Of a stretch of DNA of 33,000 nt, positions 21,451-32,814 are shown piece by piece. Made by a program: the position numbers and the translations under genes. A model generated the notes under the pieces. That model had not been told where the DNA came from, made no database searches, and was given only the letters and a program-made list of their open reading frames with translations. Position 1 is the first letter of the stretch. Every line of letters begins with the position of its first letter. The DNA is from Heteronotia binoei (taxonomy: Eukaryota): the NCBI RefSeq assembly GCF_032191835.1, contig NC_083230.1:94426001-94459000 (forward strand). Reading direction: 5' to 3'.

Positions 21451-22249
21451 CTCCCACTTTTTAAAGAACAGTGTCTCAGGGTGCAAGGCAAAACTGCTCC
21501 CAATGTCATTCCACTTGTGATTTAATAGTGAGACTATGTCAGCTCTCAAGTGGTGGTTCTCTGTGTTGTTGCTGGCTGGTGTTAATGACCTCACTGTATG
21601 GAAAGATTAGCTAGAGAGAAGGGGGCTGCTTACTGTTCATGGAAAGCCACAAAATAACCTACCAGAGGACTGCTGGAGAAAGCAAGAGGTTAAAAATAAG
21701 AGCAAATTATTCATACATTTAAAAAAAAAATAAAACAGCATTTTCAATTAACTCCCGTTGTTCATTTGAGATTCAGGGTGTTCCCTGCTCTTTGTTGGTT
21801 TCTATCTGTGACCTTTTAATTTGGAAGTGGGAGGGAGGGAGGGCTTAGCAAAGTAAAGAGTTAATGAAATGCTCAGTAGGGGATTAGGAAAGAACCAAGC
21901 ACTCGCAGACAATTAGGGAAAGAGAACAGAATCTGCCAGGAGGGAGTGTGGCTGTGTAACGGGTGGCTTCCTTTCATTCCCAACCCAATAATGATGTTGA
22001 AGTCTTTGCTATAAGGGACAATGCTGTAGGTTACAGAGACATTATTTGCTTTACATCAGTATTAGTTTGTTTATTCCGTTTAGAGCCCCCTGCATGCTGA
22101 AAGCTCAGGGTGAGTAAGAACTGGTGAAAAATATTAAACCTTAATAAAAAATGACACTCTTGTGCCACTCTGTCTCTGGTTAGCAAAAGCCAAGCAAAAT
22201 GCAATCTTGTGTCACTTCTGGAAGATGCTTAGACCTAGGCTTTGGCAGT

Positions 22250-22432
22250 CATAGGCACCTGAAACTGCCAATCAGTTGGTCCATCAAAGTCAGTCACTAT
22301 TGTCTACTCTGACTGGTAGCATCTCTCCAGGTCTTACGCTGAGGTCTTTCACATCACTTGCTACCTGACCTTTCTACCTGGAGATGCCAGAGATTGAATC
22401 TGGGACTTTCTGCATGCCAAGCAGATGCTTGG
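22250..22432 (-). mobile_element. tRNA-derived SINE of a second family
   Basis: Minus strand gcatctgcttggcatgcagaaagtcccagattcaatctctggcatctcc is a tRNA-like head with a B box. Homolog at about 32075-32250 (+). Confidence 0.75.
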
Positions 22433-23052
22433 AAAAACGACTGAGGAGTAATATGATAGACTGCAGGGGTGGCCAACGGTAGCTCTCCAGATGTTTTTTG
22501 CCTACAACTCCCATCGGCCCCAGCCAGCATGGCCAATGGCTGAGGCTGATGGGAGTTGTAGGCAAAAAAACATCTGGAGAGCTACCGTTGGCCACCCCTG
22601 TGATAGAGATTTACCAAATTATGCAAGGGATAGAGAAGGTAGAGAAAGAAGTACTTTTTCTCCATTTCTCACAGTGGAAGAACACGTGGACACTCAAATT
22701 AATGATCTGTAGGCTTAGAGCAGGTAAAAGGAAGTACTTCTTCAGTCAAAGAGTAATTAATACATGGAATTCACTGCTGCAGGAAGTGGTGGCAGCTATA
22801 GGCATAGACAGCTTCAAGAGACGATTGGATAGACATATGGAGCAGAGGTCATTGAGTAGCTATTTGCCACAAGGTATAGATGGAACACTATGTCTGGGGC
22901 AGTGATGCTCTGTATTCTAGGTGTTTGAGGGGCAACAGTGGGAGGGTTTCCGGAGTTTTGGCCCCACCGGTAGCAATTGGATTTTGGCCATTGTGTAACA
23001 CAGAATGGTGGACTGGACTGGCTATTAGCCTGATCCAACATGGCTTCTCTAT
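22433..23052 (+). mobile_element. CR1 LINE 3' end interrupted by a MITE
   Basis: Translation includes KRKYFFSQRVINTWNSLLQEVVAAIGIDSFKRRLDRHM (CR1 ORF2 C-terminus). Tail ggactggactggctattagcctgatccaacatggcttc. Confidence 0.9.
22464..22600. mobile_element. Young, near-perfect hairpin hAT-type MITE
   Basis: About 50-bp near-perfect inverted arms (caggggtggccaacggtagctctccagatg... / ...catctggagagctaccgttggccacccctg). Flanks tgatagac(tg) / tgatagag. Confidence 0.92.
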
Positions 23053-23862
23053 CACTGAGCCACAACCCCTGCCCAAGTGCTTAGTCCTAGTGCTAAGGAT
23101 AGCATTGTGAAACTTCTACATACATTGTTGTATGGACTTTAGTGCCAATGATTCAGCCACAGTGACATTCCAGTGCATGATCAAATCAGACCCGATGGCT
23201 TCTGATCCTACAACTTATCCCATCCATTATTGATAATGAAAGGATATATGCAATGCTATCCAACCAGCTGCAGAACAGAAATCAGCATAGTACAGAGTCC
23301 TAAGCACAAAATGTCACAACAGAATGGCAGCTGGACCACAGTAATATGTAACTAGGGGTGGTTTCACACTAGAGATTTGGCCCGACCTAGGAACACCTCT
23401 TGTTCGATTCAAATGCGCACGTTCACACAAGCACATCTGCCCTCTGAGCCTAGCCTGTTCCCAGCCTTATTACACACCTTATTACAAAACAAACCTGTCT
23501 GAGTTATACCAGTCTGGCTATGTGGGATCTTTTGTGTGGCATCCCACAAGGATTAATATTATCCCCCATGCTCTTCCAACAGTTATGTGCAGTCATTCCA
23601 TGAGATTTGCCAGAGATTTGGAGCTGCATGGGTCATTGGTATGCCAGTGGTGTACTGCTCCCTGTTTCTTTAAAGAAGCTGACAGAAGCTGTTGTTCCCA
23701 TCCTGGGTTGTTTACGGTGAGGCTGTGAGCCTAACTATATGATATGTTCCTTCACTTGTTTACTCTGGGTTGCCTAAGTTCCTTGAGGGGAGCAGCTTCT
23801 TTAAAAAGAAAATAAAAGGAATACCCTCTGAAAAGTGCTCCAGGGAAGTGGGGGGAAGGGCT

Positions 23863-24770
23863 AAGCGTTACCAGCCTCCTGGTGGGACCTGAAGCTCTCC
23901 TAGAATTACAACTGATGTCATTCCAGGTGACAGAGATCAGTTTCCATGGAGAAAATGGCAGTTTTGGCAGTGGATGTTATAGTATTATACCTCAGTGAGG
24001 TCCCTCCTCTCCTCAAGCCCTGCCTTCCCCATAGGCTTGCCAATCCCTAGGTCTCAGTGGGGGTTCTCCCGCTTTCCCAGGCTTCTTCCCACCCCAAGTC
24101 AGCTGGCCCCCACAGCCACCATGTGACTTTCCACCTCCGGAGGCTTCAGTCTCCGATTGGAAAAGCTTCCTCTTGGGATGGTATGTCTGTGTTACTTTGA
24201 AGAAGTTGGCAGCAACATGAGTAGAGATGCCAATCCCTCGCTTCAGAGTCACCAGAAATGGGGTGGGGGAGGGAAATGTCTGTTGGCGCTTCATTATTCC
24301 CTATGTGGAGATCGATTTTCATAGGGTATAATGGGGAATTGATCTGGAGGTATCAGGGACTCTGGGGGGACTCTTTTTTGAGGTAGAGGCACCAAATTTT
24401 CAGTATAGCATCTAGTGCCTCTCCCCAAAATACCCCTCCCCAAGTTTCAAAACGATTGGACCAGGGGGTCCAATTCTATGAGCCCCAAAAGAAGGTGCCC
24501 CTATGCTTCATTATTTCCTATGGAAGGAAGGCGTTTAAAAAGGTGTGCTGTCCCTTTAAATGTGATGGCCAGAACTCCCTTGGAGTTCAATTATGCTTGT
24601 CACACCCTTGTTCCTGGCTCCACCCCAGTGTCTCCTGGCTCTACCCCCAAAGTCTCCTGGCTCCACCCCCAAAGTCCCCAGATATTTCGTGAATTGGACT
24701 TGGCAACCCTACTTCCCCAGGCTCCACCCTCAAATTCTCCAGGAATTTCTCAGTCCAGAGCTGGCAACCC
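23863..24770. mobile_element. Nested MITEs: + short MITE interrupted by an inverted long-form element (24032-24711)
   Basis: Perfect 8-bp TSD cttcccca at 24024-24031 and 24712-24719. The inner element has ~22-bp subterminal tandem repeats (ctcctggctccacccccaaagt, about 3 copies) near 24612-24680. Confidence 0.88.
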
Positions 24771-24965
24771 AAGAAGGGCCTCCTGCTGTATTGATTCCCA
24801 GTTGATGCCATCAGGTTGTTAGTTATCTCAGTTATGGCGAGCCTTGTAGGGTTTTTTTTCTTTTCACAGTGTTCCTTGGTATTTATTTATTAACTTCATA
24901 TATACCCTCCTCAATAATGTATTAAAGCAACTTGCATCTTTCTGTCCTGCGTTTTATCGTCACAA

Positions 24966-25499
24966 CTAGATTTGCCAGTAGGGTCAGCCCTACGCTGTCT
25001 GGCACCCTAGGCAAGGTTAACATCTGCCCCCGCCCCCCGCAGTGATAACATCACCAAGTCACATGGGAGGTGGCCAATTCAGCACCCCCAGAAGGCTGGC
25101 ACTGTAGGCAATTGCTTAATTTGCCTAGTGGCAGGGTCAGCCCTGGTTGCCAGTACCCCCAGTCTGGGTGGGTCTTCCCCCCATTTTGGGGGCTCCAGTC
25201 CACTGCCAGCCAGCTGGCCAGCAGGGGAAGCCCCACCTTGAACAGCCCCCTCATGCATCAATGTCATTGGCATGATGGCATCACACAGAAGTGATGTCAT
25301 CATGTCAGGCATGTTGTGCATGGACGCTGTAGCATTTTGACAAAAACTCTATGATTACCATAGAGCTTGTGGCCAAAATGCTAAACCATCAGTGCCAAAA
25401 TGCTAGACCAGTGTGATGATGTTACATGCACATGCAAGAAAATTCCAGAACAGACCTGGGAGCTCCCCACTGGAAGTCAGGGAAGATCTGGCAACCCTA
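24966..25499. mobile_element. TAGGGTTGCCA-TIR element with a Tip100-like MITE (24979-25145) inserted in its left TIR
   Basis: Inner ends tagggtcagccct / agggtcagccctg with flanks tttgccag / gttgccag (7/8). Outer right end ctggcaacccta. Confidence 0.75.
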
Positions 25500-25959
25500 C
25501 TCACAACAAGTATACCAGTTGGGCTGAGAGTATGTGATTGGGCCACAGTCACCCAGCAGGTTTCCATGCCAGAATGGCCATGGGTCTCCCAGATGCTAGG
25601 GTGACACTCTGACCACTATACCACCCTGGCTCAGTGTTTGAGCCTGATCAGGCAAGTGTGCAATGTTAGTTGTTGTGTGATCATGTCAGCTGTAGTTTTG
25701 TGCAATTTCTGTTCACACAGCAGGCCTTTGGCTTTAGAAGTTCCCACATGATTTTTTTCTAGGTAAAGAAAGACCAATGTTCATGTGACTCTTTTGGCTT
25801 GTAAAGCTAAGATGTACATTTCTCCAAAAGGCATATGACTAGAGGCTGACCCAGCTTCTCCATGCTTGCAAATAGTAATTTAAAAAATTCCTTTACCCAA
25901 TTTAGAAAAATCATGATAAAATGAAATAAAGAAAATGAAATTAGTTATCCAAACCCAAA

Positions 25960-26640
25960 TAAAACTTTACTTCGATACAAGATCAGCTCTGAGAATCAGC
26001 AAACAATAAAAGGAAATCACATGCAATACGACAAGCTCAAAAGAATGAAACCAAATTAGGGGGGTGGGCAAAGAAAATAATACCCTCCTTGAACATAAGC
26101 AAAATTCCTGGGACTTAATCAGCTGTTTGCATATCCCACACATCTGTAGGCAAAATTTGGGAACTTTGTAAGTTTTCTCTTGGGAGGAGCCAGCAAGGAG
26201 GGAGGGACATAAAGTTGTTAAGATCTTCCTGGTATAGTTGAGGGAACTGGAGCAATATACTGACATTGGATGTCATTGAAGAATGGGCAGTGCAGCAGAA
26301 TATGTTCAATAGACACTACTTTCCCTGTATGACATGGGCAAAGCAGTTGAGGGAGTGGAACACAATAGTATCTGCCTTCCAGAAAGGCTGAAGGTAGCAC
26401 ATTAAAGCATGCCAGGGTAAAAAATCCCCTGATATTTGGAGATCTCTAGGAATCTAAAATAATCTGCTGGTTGAAAACATTTAGCATGTTGCAGAGTAAC
26501 TGGATGTTTCTGTATCGGAGCCCTGTCTGATTGTAGGGGATGATCCCCAAACCATTGTTTAATTGATGCAGTAAAAATTGTGGGGGAGAGGCTGTGTTCC
26601 TGGAGTTTCCCCTCAACCACTCTTAGCCAGGATGAGTGGT
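25960..26640 (-). mobile_element. Non-LTR retrotransposon ORF2 C-terminus with a zinc-knuckle-like motif, frameshifted, plus 3' UTR
   Basis: Across one frameshift: KYQGIF/TLACFNVLPSAFLEGRYYCVPLPQLLCPCHTGKVVSIEHILLHCPFF..., then LLAGSSQEKTYKVPKFC. Clade not assignable by eye. Confidence 0.75.
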
Positions 26641-27417
26641 GGCTGCCAGCAAAGATCTAGGGTGCTAGACTCACCGGATTGAAGATGAGTTTTTGCCAGT
26701 AGGTGGATGCAAGTGGCTTCTTTAATAAACCTTGACTTAAATTCGACTCATGAGTTTATGGATATTCATGCCAACCTCCAGAATGTCTCGAAACTAAACT
26801 TTCAAATCCCATAATTTATTTTTAAAAATTCCCAAATGCTACAATGCTTTTGAAATCTTGAGTCCCTCTTGCAGGACACATCACAACAAAAAGAGAGCTC
26901 TTTCCGGAGGATTCAGCATTAGGGCTCTGGATACCCTTCATGGAATCCTTGTGGTCACTGGTCATTCCTTGGGTTAGCTGATATGCTGCTTTAAGCAACC
27001 CCTCCCCCTTTTTAAAATCCCTCCAATAACAGGGTAGTGGTGGGGGGACTGTTCACATCTTCCTAAAATATATTTTATTTTATATTTATTTTATATATTT
27101 TAGGAAGGAAAGAAAAAGAAAAGAGGTGGGTAATATCTTCCTGTTGGTTGACTAATACCACATTCAGCTCATGCTCTAGCTGTGAGGTCTGGTGCTATTT
27201 CTAGAGAAACATTTTTCTTAATGAGTCATGCTATTGATTCATCATGTAGCTTTATGTATATGTGTAAAACACATCCAGAATGACTGGATGTAAGGTATGC
27301 TATTGCATGGACTGAAAGCGCTATCGTTTAAAGGAAATACAGCTGCAGTCCTAACAGCAGTGTCCTGGGACTAAGCCCCAGTGAATAACATTGGACTTAC
27401 TTCTGAGGAGACCTACT

Positions 27418-27697
27418 TAGAAGAGGACGACTGCAGATTTTTACCCCGCCCTTCTCTCTGAATTGGAGACTCAGAGTGGCTTACAATCTCCTATATCTTC
27501 TCCCCCCACAACAGACACCCTGTGAGGTGGATGGGGCTGAGAGGGCTCTGACAGCAGCTGACCTTTCAAGGACAACTCCTGCACTAACTATGGCTGATCC
27601 AAGGCCATTCCAGCAGCTGTAAGTGGAAGAGTGGGGAATCAAACCCAGTTCTCCCAAATAAGAGTCTGCACACTTAACCACTACACCAAACTGGCTA
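27418..27697 (-). mobile_element. Full-length tRNA-derived SINE (9083-9370 family)
   Basis: Reverse complement begins agccagtttggtgtagtggttaagtgtgcagactc. Flanked by a tacttag direct repeat. Confidence 0.92.
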
Positions 27698-27849
27698 CTT
27701 AGGTTGCTCCCTTATGTTTTGTGATACTATGGAACCAGGAAGAAGGCCTTTTTTCTAGAGGGGTAGATAGTTGTGCTGTGCTGACCTTATGTTCGCTTCA
27801 CATTAAGCTACCTTGTAGTGAATCAGACTATCAGGCCCATCAAGGTCAG

Positions 27850-27928
27850 TTAGGGTTGCCAGTCTCCAGGTGGGGCCTGGAAATCTGCTTTTACAACTGA
27901 CCTCCAGCTGGCAGAGACTGAAGGGGAT
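27850..27928 (+). mobile_element. 5' fragment of a TAGGGTTGCCA MITE
   Basis: tagggttgccagtctccaggtggggcctgg. Confidence 0.8.
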
Positions 27929-28196
27929 ATGTGTGGTGAGTGCATACCTTTGCCTTTAAGACCTCTGAAAACCAAGGCACATGACTGCCTTTGGTGTAGT
28001 GGTTGCTTCATGCACTGAAGCAGTGATTGCAAACTGCATGTCAAGAACTGCGTAGTCCTGTTCACAAGTTACAGTGAATGCACATACAATCTGTGTCTGG
28101 TGTACATTTGATTTTTCTTTGTATGTGTGTCGAGTAATTCTCACGTTACACTCAATGCCTGTACAGCTTAATGTGTGACTTAAGCCCCACATTTAT

Positions 28197-28798
28197 CCAG
28201 GTTCCCCAGCTTGGTGTCTGTGGGTACTGTGGTGCCCCCCCCCCGACACATTTTCTGGTGCCCACCAAGAATTTTTAGAAAGTAGGCAAGGCCAGGTGGG
28301 ACTTTTGCTCACCAGTTCTTCTGATTGGCCACTAGAGATTTGATTGACTGTGCAGATGTTTTTAAAATGTTGCTTTGGCAACAACTGCCACCACAGCACA
28401 CAGATCTTCACTGGGTTACTGAAGGTAAACTGGAACTATCACTTTGTAGTAGGTTCCACCTCCTGCAGCAGCTATTTTAAGGTAGCCATTCTGTGGCTGT
28501 GCCCACCATGCCATGTCAGAGTTCCAAAGGTGCCTGCAGGTAGGGATGCCAGCCTCCAGGTAGGACCTGGGGATCATCCAGAATTACAACTCCTCTCTAG
28601 ACTACAAAGATAAGTTCCTCTGGAGAAAATGGGATGCTTTAGAGGATGGACTGTATGGTATTGTACCTCACAGAGGCTGCATCTCCAAATCTCCAGGAGT
28701 TTCCCAACCTGGATTTGGCAACCCCAACCCCCATCTACCCGGTGGCCAAGGGGGACCTGGCAACTCTGTTACAGACTCAAAAAAGTTGGGGACTCCTG
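28197..28798. mobile_element. hAT (Charlie-like) MITE containing an inserted TAGGGTTGCCA MITE (about 28541-28768)
   Basis: Outer right end actcaaaaaagttggggactcctg, with atccaggt on both sides. Inner tagggatgcc...ttggcaacccc. Confidence 0.7.
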
Positions 28799-29175
28799 AT
28801 CCAGGTATTGATCCCCAGCTTCATATATACAGTGAGTGTACTTTGCTCTTTCATAAAACAAAAAGTATGCATATATAGTCACTTTCTAGTGTGGACTGGT
28901 TTTCCACATGCTTGGGTGGATTAGTTTTCCACATTCCACTTTGGCTCTTCTGGATTCAGCCTTGAGAATTCAACATGCAGTAATAATGGGTGGTTTCAGT
29001 GTAGGAGGTGCAATGTAGGATTCTTTTCCCTGGGGACTTCTTTTAAAATCAGGTAAAGTAATCAGATTGTTTAGCTCTTTGCTGCCCAGCCTATATCCTC
29101 TTATTAAAAAGCCACCCCAAGTCATTTGTAGAAGATAAGAGATATGTGATCCCAAATCTGTATTCATTTATTTAC

Positions 29176-29317
29176 GTAATGTGTTGTCTGCCACTTTGCG
29201 TTGCTGAGACACGGGGTGGATTTTGTGCTTCTTGAGAAGTCGAGCAACTTGCTGGTATATTGTGTGCGTGTCATTTGCAGTGGACAGCGCTCTCTCCTTA
29301 CTTGTCCTCCGCTGAGC
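29176..29317 (-). CDS. Probable coding exon of an unidentified gene: AQRRTSKERALSTANDTHTIYQQVARLLKKHKIHPVSQQRKVADNTL
   Basis: Acceptor ccttccttcatttgataaagcaactgctttcag| (phase 0) and donor c|gtaaat (phase 1). 47 open codons with retained CpG codons (cgg, gcg, acg, cga, cgc) in a CpG-poor background. Non-repetitive. Missed by the ORF track. Confidence 0.5.
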
Positions 29318-30003
29318 CTGAAAGCAGTTGCTTTATCAAATGAAGGAAGGCCATGGAAAATTCTGGAACAAGCATGTATCTGTAGATGTGCAAATAAGTC
29401 CATAACAGTTACAGTTTGGGCATGGTGATGATGATAAAAGTTACAAATACTTTCAAAAACAAAAATAACATGTTTTTATTACCTATCCTACATCCCCATG
29501 TTTGTTCATATTTGCCCCAGGAAAAACGAGAACCAACTTTTGTAAGCTCCTCCACTTAGTGTTCTCTCTCTCTCTCTCTCTCTGCTCACCTCAGGTGACC
29601 AGGCAAATGGCTGTTTACAGGCCTAACTGAAGTTGACGCTGCGTAATAATGTAATAGTCAAAGCAATGTACTGTTCTGACCAATGCTGGCATGAGAAATG
29701 CCCCCCCCCCCTCATCTTTCTTTTGTTTGATGATATATTTAATTAAATTTTCACTTCAAGTTAAAATATGGACAGTCTCCTATTTAATCTTATCCCACTT
29801 TTTTCCAAGTGGCATACATAGCTCTTCCCTTTAGCCTCCTAACAAAAGCCTCTTCAACCTAGCTTGGGTGTTGTGTGGATAAAACAGGCAAATGCAGACT
29901 CTGGCATTTTCCACATTTTTTATCCTACCCTTTGTTAGGGAAACTGCTCTCAAAATGAGATTGGGGAATTAGATTGAGAGACAGCTGGCCCAATAGGAAT
30001 CTT

Positions 30004-31205
30004 TGTTATCTGTGTATACCAGGCTCAACCATTCAGATAGTCAATGCTCAATAAAAGGACTCTAATTTAATACAAACCAATTGTAATTTATTTAGAATAA
30101 TAGTTCTTTCACACAAGGTACAAAAACAATCACACATTCACACAGGTCTAAAGAAATATAGAGAGATCGATAGGGGTAACATATAAGGATGGACATACAG
30201 GGTGATACTACCTCTCGCAGACTCCAAGGAAGACTCCGATGGCGACGAATGAGGGAATGGGGGATGGACCCGAAACTGATCAGGAATCGGGGATGGATCT
30301 ATACAGCGGGATAAGGGGGTTGCTGAATAGAGAGCACACCCGTGGGTAGCTAGTCCACAGGTTATATAGAGTCACCTTAGTCCTGAGGGGATGGGAGGTG
30401 ACTGGGAGTGGTGATGGGAGGTTCCGCTGACGACCAAGAAGGCTGGACATCGGCTGGACCAATGGTGAGTCCATGGCGACACCTGATTGGGTGTATGCTT
30501 CAACCAATGAACATCACCTTCATCCTGGGCATCCTGGAAACCTCCAAGTTGCGACAGGGCCTGGGGCGGCTCCGGTGATATCAGTATGGGAATGGTTGGG
30601 TGATTGGGATGAGATGGGATTATCTGGGAAGGTGACAATAGGGAATCAGATATGAACCTAGGTATTCCGGTGTAGACAAAAGGGCTTGGAGGTAGCAGGA
30701 GAGATCCTTCCTCTTTCTCATCATCTCCTGGGTGAGGGTTGTTGTTCAGGATATTACTTATCAATCAGGCTCAATAGGGGAGCCATTAATCCATTTATAA
30801 ACCAGATAGGTTGCTTGCGGGCTAGGAATGACTCAAGGTGTGTACGTGAGCTTCCCACTAAGAAGGGATGAAGCCCAACCAGGCAGGAAGATGGCTACAT
30901 GTGGTGTTAGCGGAACACAGTGGCTTCCATGCTTAGCGCTTCAACACCGTTCGCCTGGACAGCTCCGTGGCGGCGCAGCCTCCTCATCGCCATGGTAGAC
31001 TCCACGCGGTAGCGGGGAAACGTCTGTGTGCGTCTGCAGACACTCTGTGTCTGTCTCAAGCACTTGTATAATTAGCAGTTGGTACACATGAGTCCTATGT
31101 AGTTCCTGGATAGTTTTACTCGCATTCACTGGCCAGGCGGATGCAAGCTCGCTTCTCCAGGCGCCCTGGCAACCATGTTTGTGAAAGAGGGGTCATTTTC
31201 TCACA
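30004..31205 (-). mobile_element. Probable solo LTR (~1.2 kb) of an ERV/LTR retroelement
   Basis: Minus strand begins TGTGAG and ends GATAACA (TG...CA). TATATAA at 30368-30362, AATAAA at 30092-30087, several CCAAT boxes (30457-30610), CpG-rich. 4-bp flanks tctt / cctt match 3/4. No PBS downstream. Confidence 0.7.
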
Positions 31206-31224
31206 CCTTTCTCTGTGGAGCTGA

Positions 31225-31352
31225 AAGCACTGTTCCTCCATTTTATCTCAACAACAACAATCTTGTAAGGTAGTTCAGCCTGAGAGATAGGGTCTAGCTC
31301 AAATTCCCCAGCAGGCTTCATGATAAGGTGGATTTGAACCCAAGCCTTCGCA
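31225..31352 (-). mobile_element. Degraded SINE remnant
   Basis: ccattttatctcaacaacaac...gtaaggtag...ggatttgaaccca, as in the tRNA-SINE reverse complement. Confidence 0.55.
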
Positions 31353-31355
31353 GTG

Positions 31356-31465
31356 TTTAAGCTTGCCAACTCGAGGTTGTGAAATTCCTGGAGAGTTGGA
31401 GGTGGAGCCATAGGAGGGAGGGGTTTAGGGAGGAGAAGGACCTTTGTGGGGTATAATGGAGATTT
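31356..31465 (-). mobile_element. Truncated TAGGGTTGCCA MITE
   Basis: taagcttgccaactc...aaattcctggagagttggaggtggagcc. Confidence 0.65.
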
Positions 31466-31667
31466 GTTAAGGCTGGGTGGTGTAAAAATGTGACAGAATA
31501 GTCTTGTGTAATGGCTGAGGCCAAGAGAAAGTGTCAGGCCCAGTGTCAGTTATTAAGCTTTATAACTGAGCACAGGATTTGCAACTGGGTGTCTTTAGTC
31601 TGAGTCCAACATTCCACCTGCTTCACCCCCACAGAAACTTCTAGGAGGTGTATCAAGAACTTGCTTA

Positions 31668-32050
31668 GAGTTTCCAGCTTCCAGGCGCGGTCTGGAGCAA
31701 TGTTCCCTCTAAGCTGCAGAGTCTTGTGAGCAAAAAATCTGCCTTGTGAGCTACTGGTGTTAAAGTTGTGAGCTATTGCATAAATTATTGTGCTCTGGGG
31801 TCATCCTTTCTGAGCTAAGACAAAAATCTGTGAGCTAGCTCACACTAACTCCACTTAGAGGGAACACTGGTCTGAAGATCTCCTGGCATTACAGCTTATC
31901 TCCCCATGATGGAGATCAGTTTCCCTGGAGAAAGTAGCTGTTTTGGAGGACGGACTCCGTAGCATTAATACTCTGCTGGAGTCTCTCCCCTCTCCAAACT
32001 CTGCTACTCCCGAATTCTCCTGAATTTCCCAACCTAGAGCTGGCAACCCG
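31668..32050. mobile_element. Short TAGGGTTGCCA MITE interrupted by a CAATGTTCCCTCTAAG-TIR hAT MITE (31698-31869)
   Basis: Inner TIRs caatgttccctctaag / cttagagggaacactg with flanks gtctggag / gtctgaag (7/8). Confidence 0.85.
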
Positions 32051-32074
32051 ATGACATTTTTTTTACCATTCTTT

Positions 32075-32250
32075 CAGGGATGGACTGCTGTGCTTTAGTT
32101 CCAGGTCCCAAGTTTAACCCTGAGCATCTCTAACTAAAAGGATGAGGTAGTTGAGATGTGAAAGACGTCTGCCTGAGACGCTGCAGACAGATAGATGGTA
32201 CTGACCTAGATAGACCAACAGTCTGTCTCAGCATAAGACAGCTTCAACTT
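32075..32250 (+). mobile_element. Degraded tRNA-derived SINE (22250-22432 family)
   Basis: ggtcccaagtttaaccctgagcatctc...gatgtgaaagacgtctgcctgagac...gaccaacagtctg. Confidence 0.7.
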
Positions 32251-32814
32251 CACCAGGATAAATCTATATCAATGTTTAATTTTGCCGTCACTCTCGGTGC
32301 TCTCTAAAAAAGGGATCTGCAGTTGATGTTAATCGCTCCTTGCTCTGAATATTGCATCACTGATTTTTCGCCCTTAAATGAGAGCGCAATCAAATTCTGT
32401 TGCTGTCTTCCAACTTGTTTTAAGCATTCACAGATAAAGCATCTCCAAATTATACATGTAACTAAGATATGTTGAATTAACTTTCATTCTGTGAAGGTGC
32501 AAATGCTGGGAAGTGCATGTTTTCGTTGCATATGAATTGGTTAATGATTAAGCTGGGTTCTGAAAGTAGGCCTTTGTACACTACAGTCCATACCCGATAG
32601 TGGAGCTGCTAGACCACACACTAGCTTTCATCAGAGGAGGCTTCAAAAAAAAGAGTAAAAAACCCCCATAATTCAAGCATCAAGCTGTTTATAGCTTTGG
32701 CCTGTTTTGTGGATCTTGTTTGAGTCCATCTTTTATTGGTAGCATTCTGTCTTTCTCGGGCTGGATTTGTCCTTGCATCAGCTTGTCGACTTCTGAACAG
32801 ATCCTGAATCATAC

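Noticed and set aside
29258-29275. Region adjoining an LSGGQ-like peptide (about 29300-29320) suggestive of an ABC signature
   Set aside because: No Walker A/B or Q-loop context. A five-residue coincidence in an alternative frame.
30372-30764. 130-aa Pro/Ser-rich minus ORF
   Set aside because: Lies within the LTR U3 and has no retroviral protein motifs.
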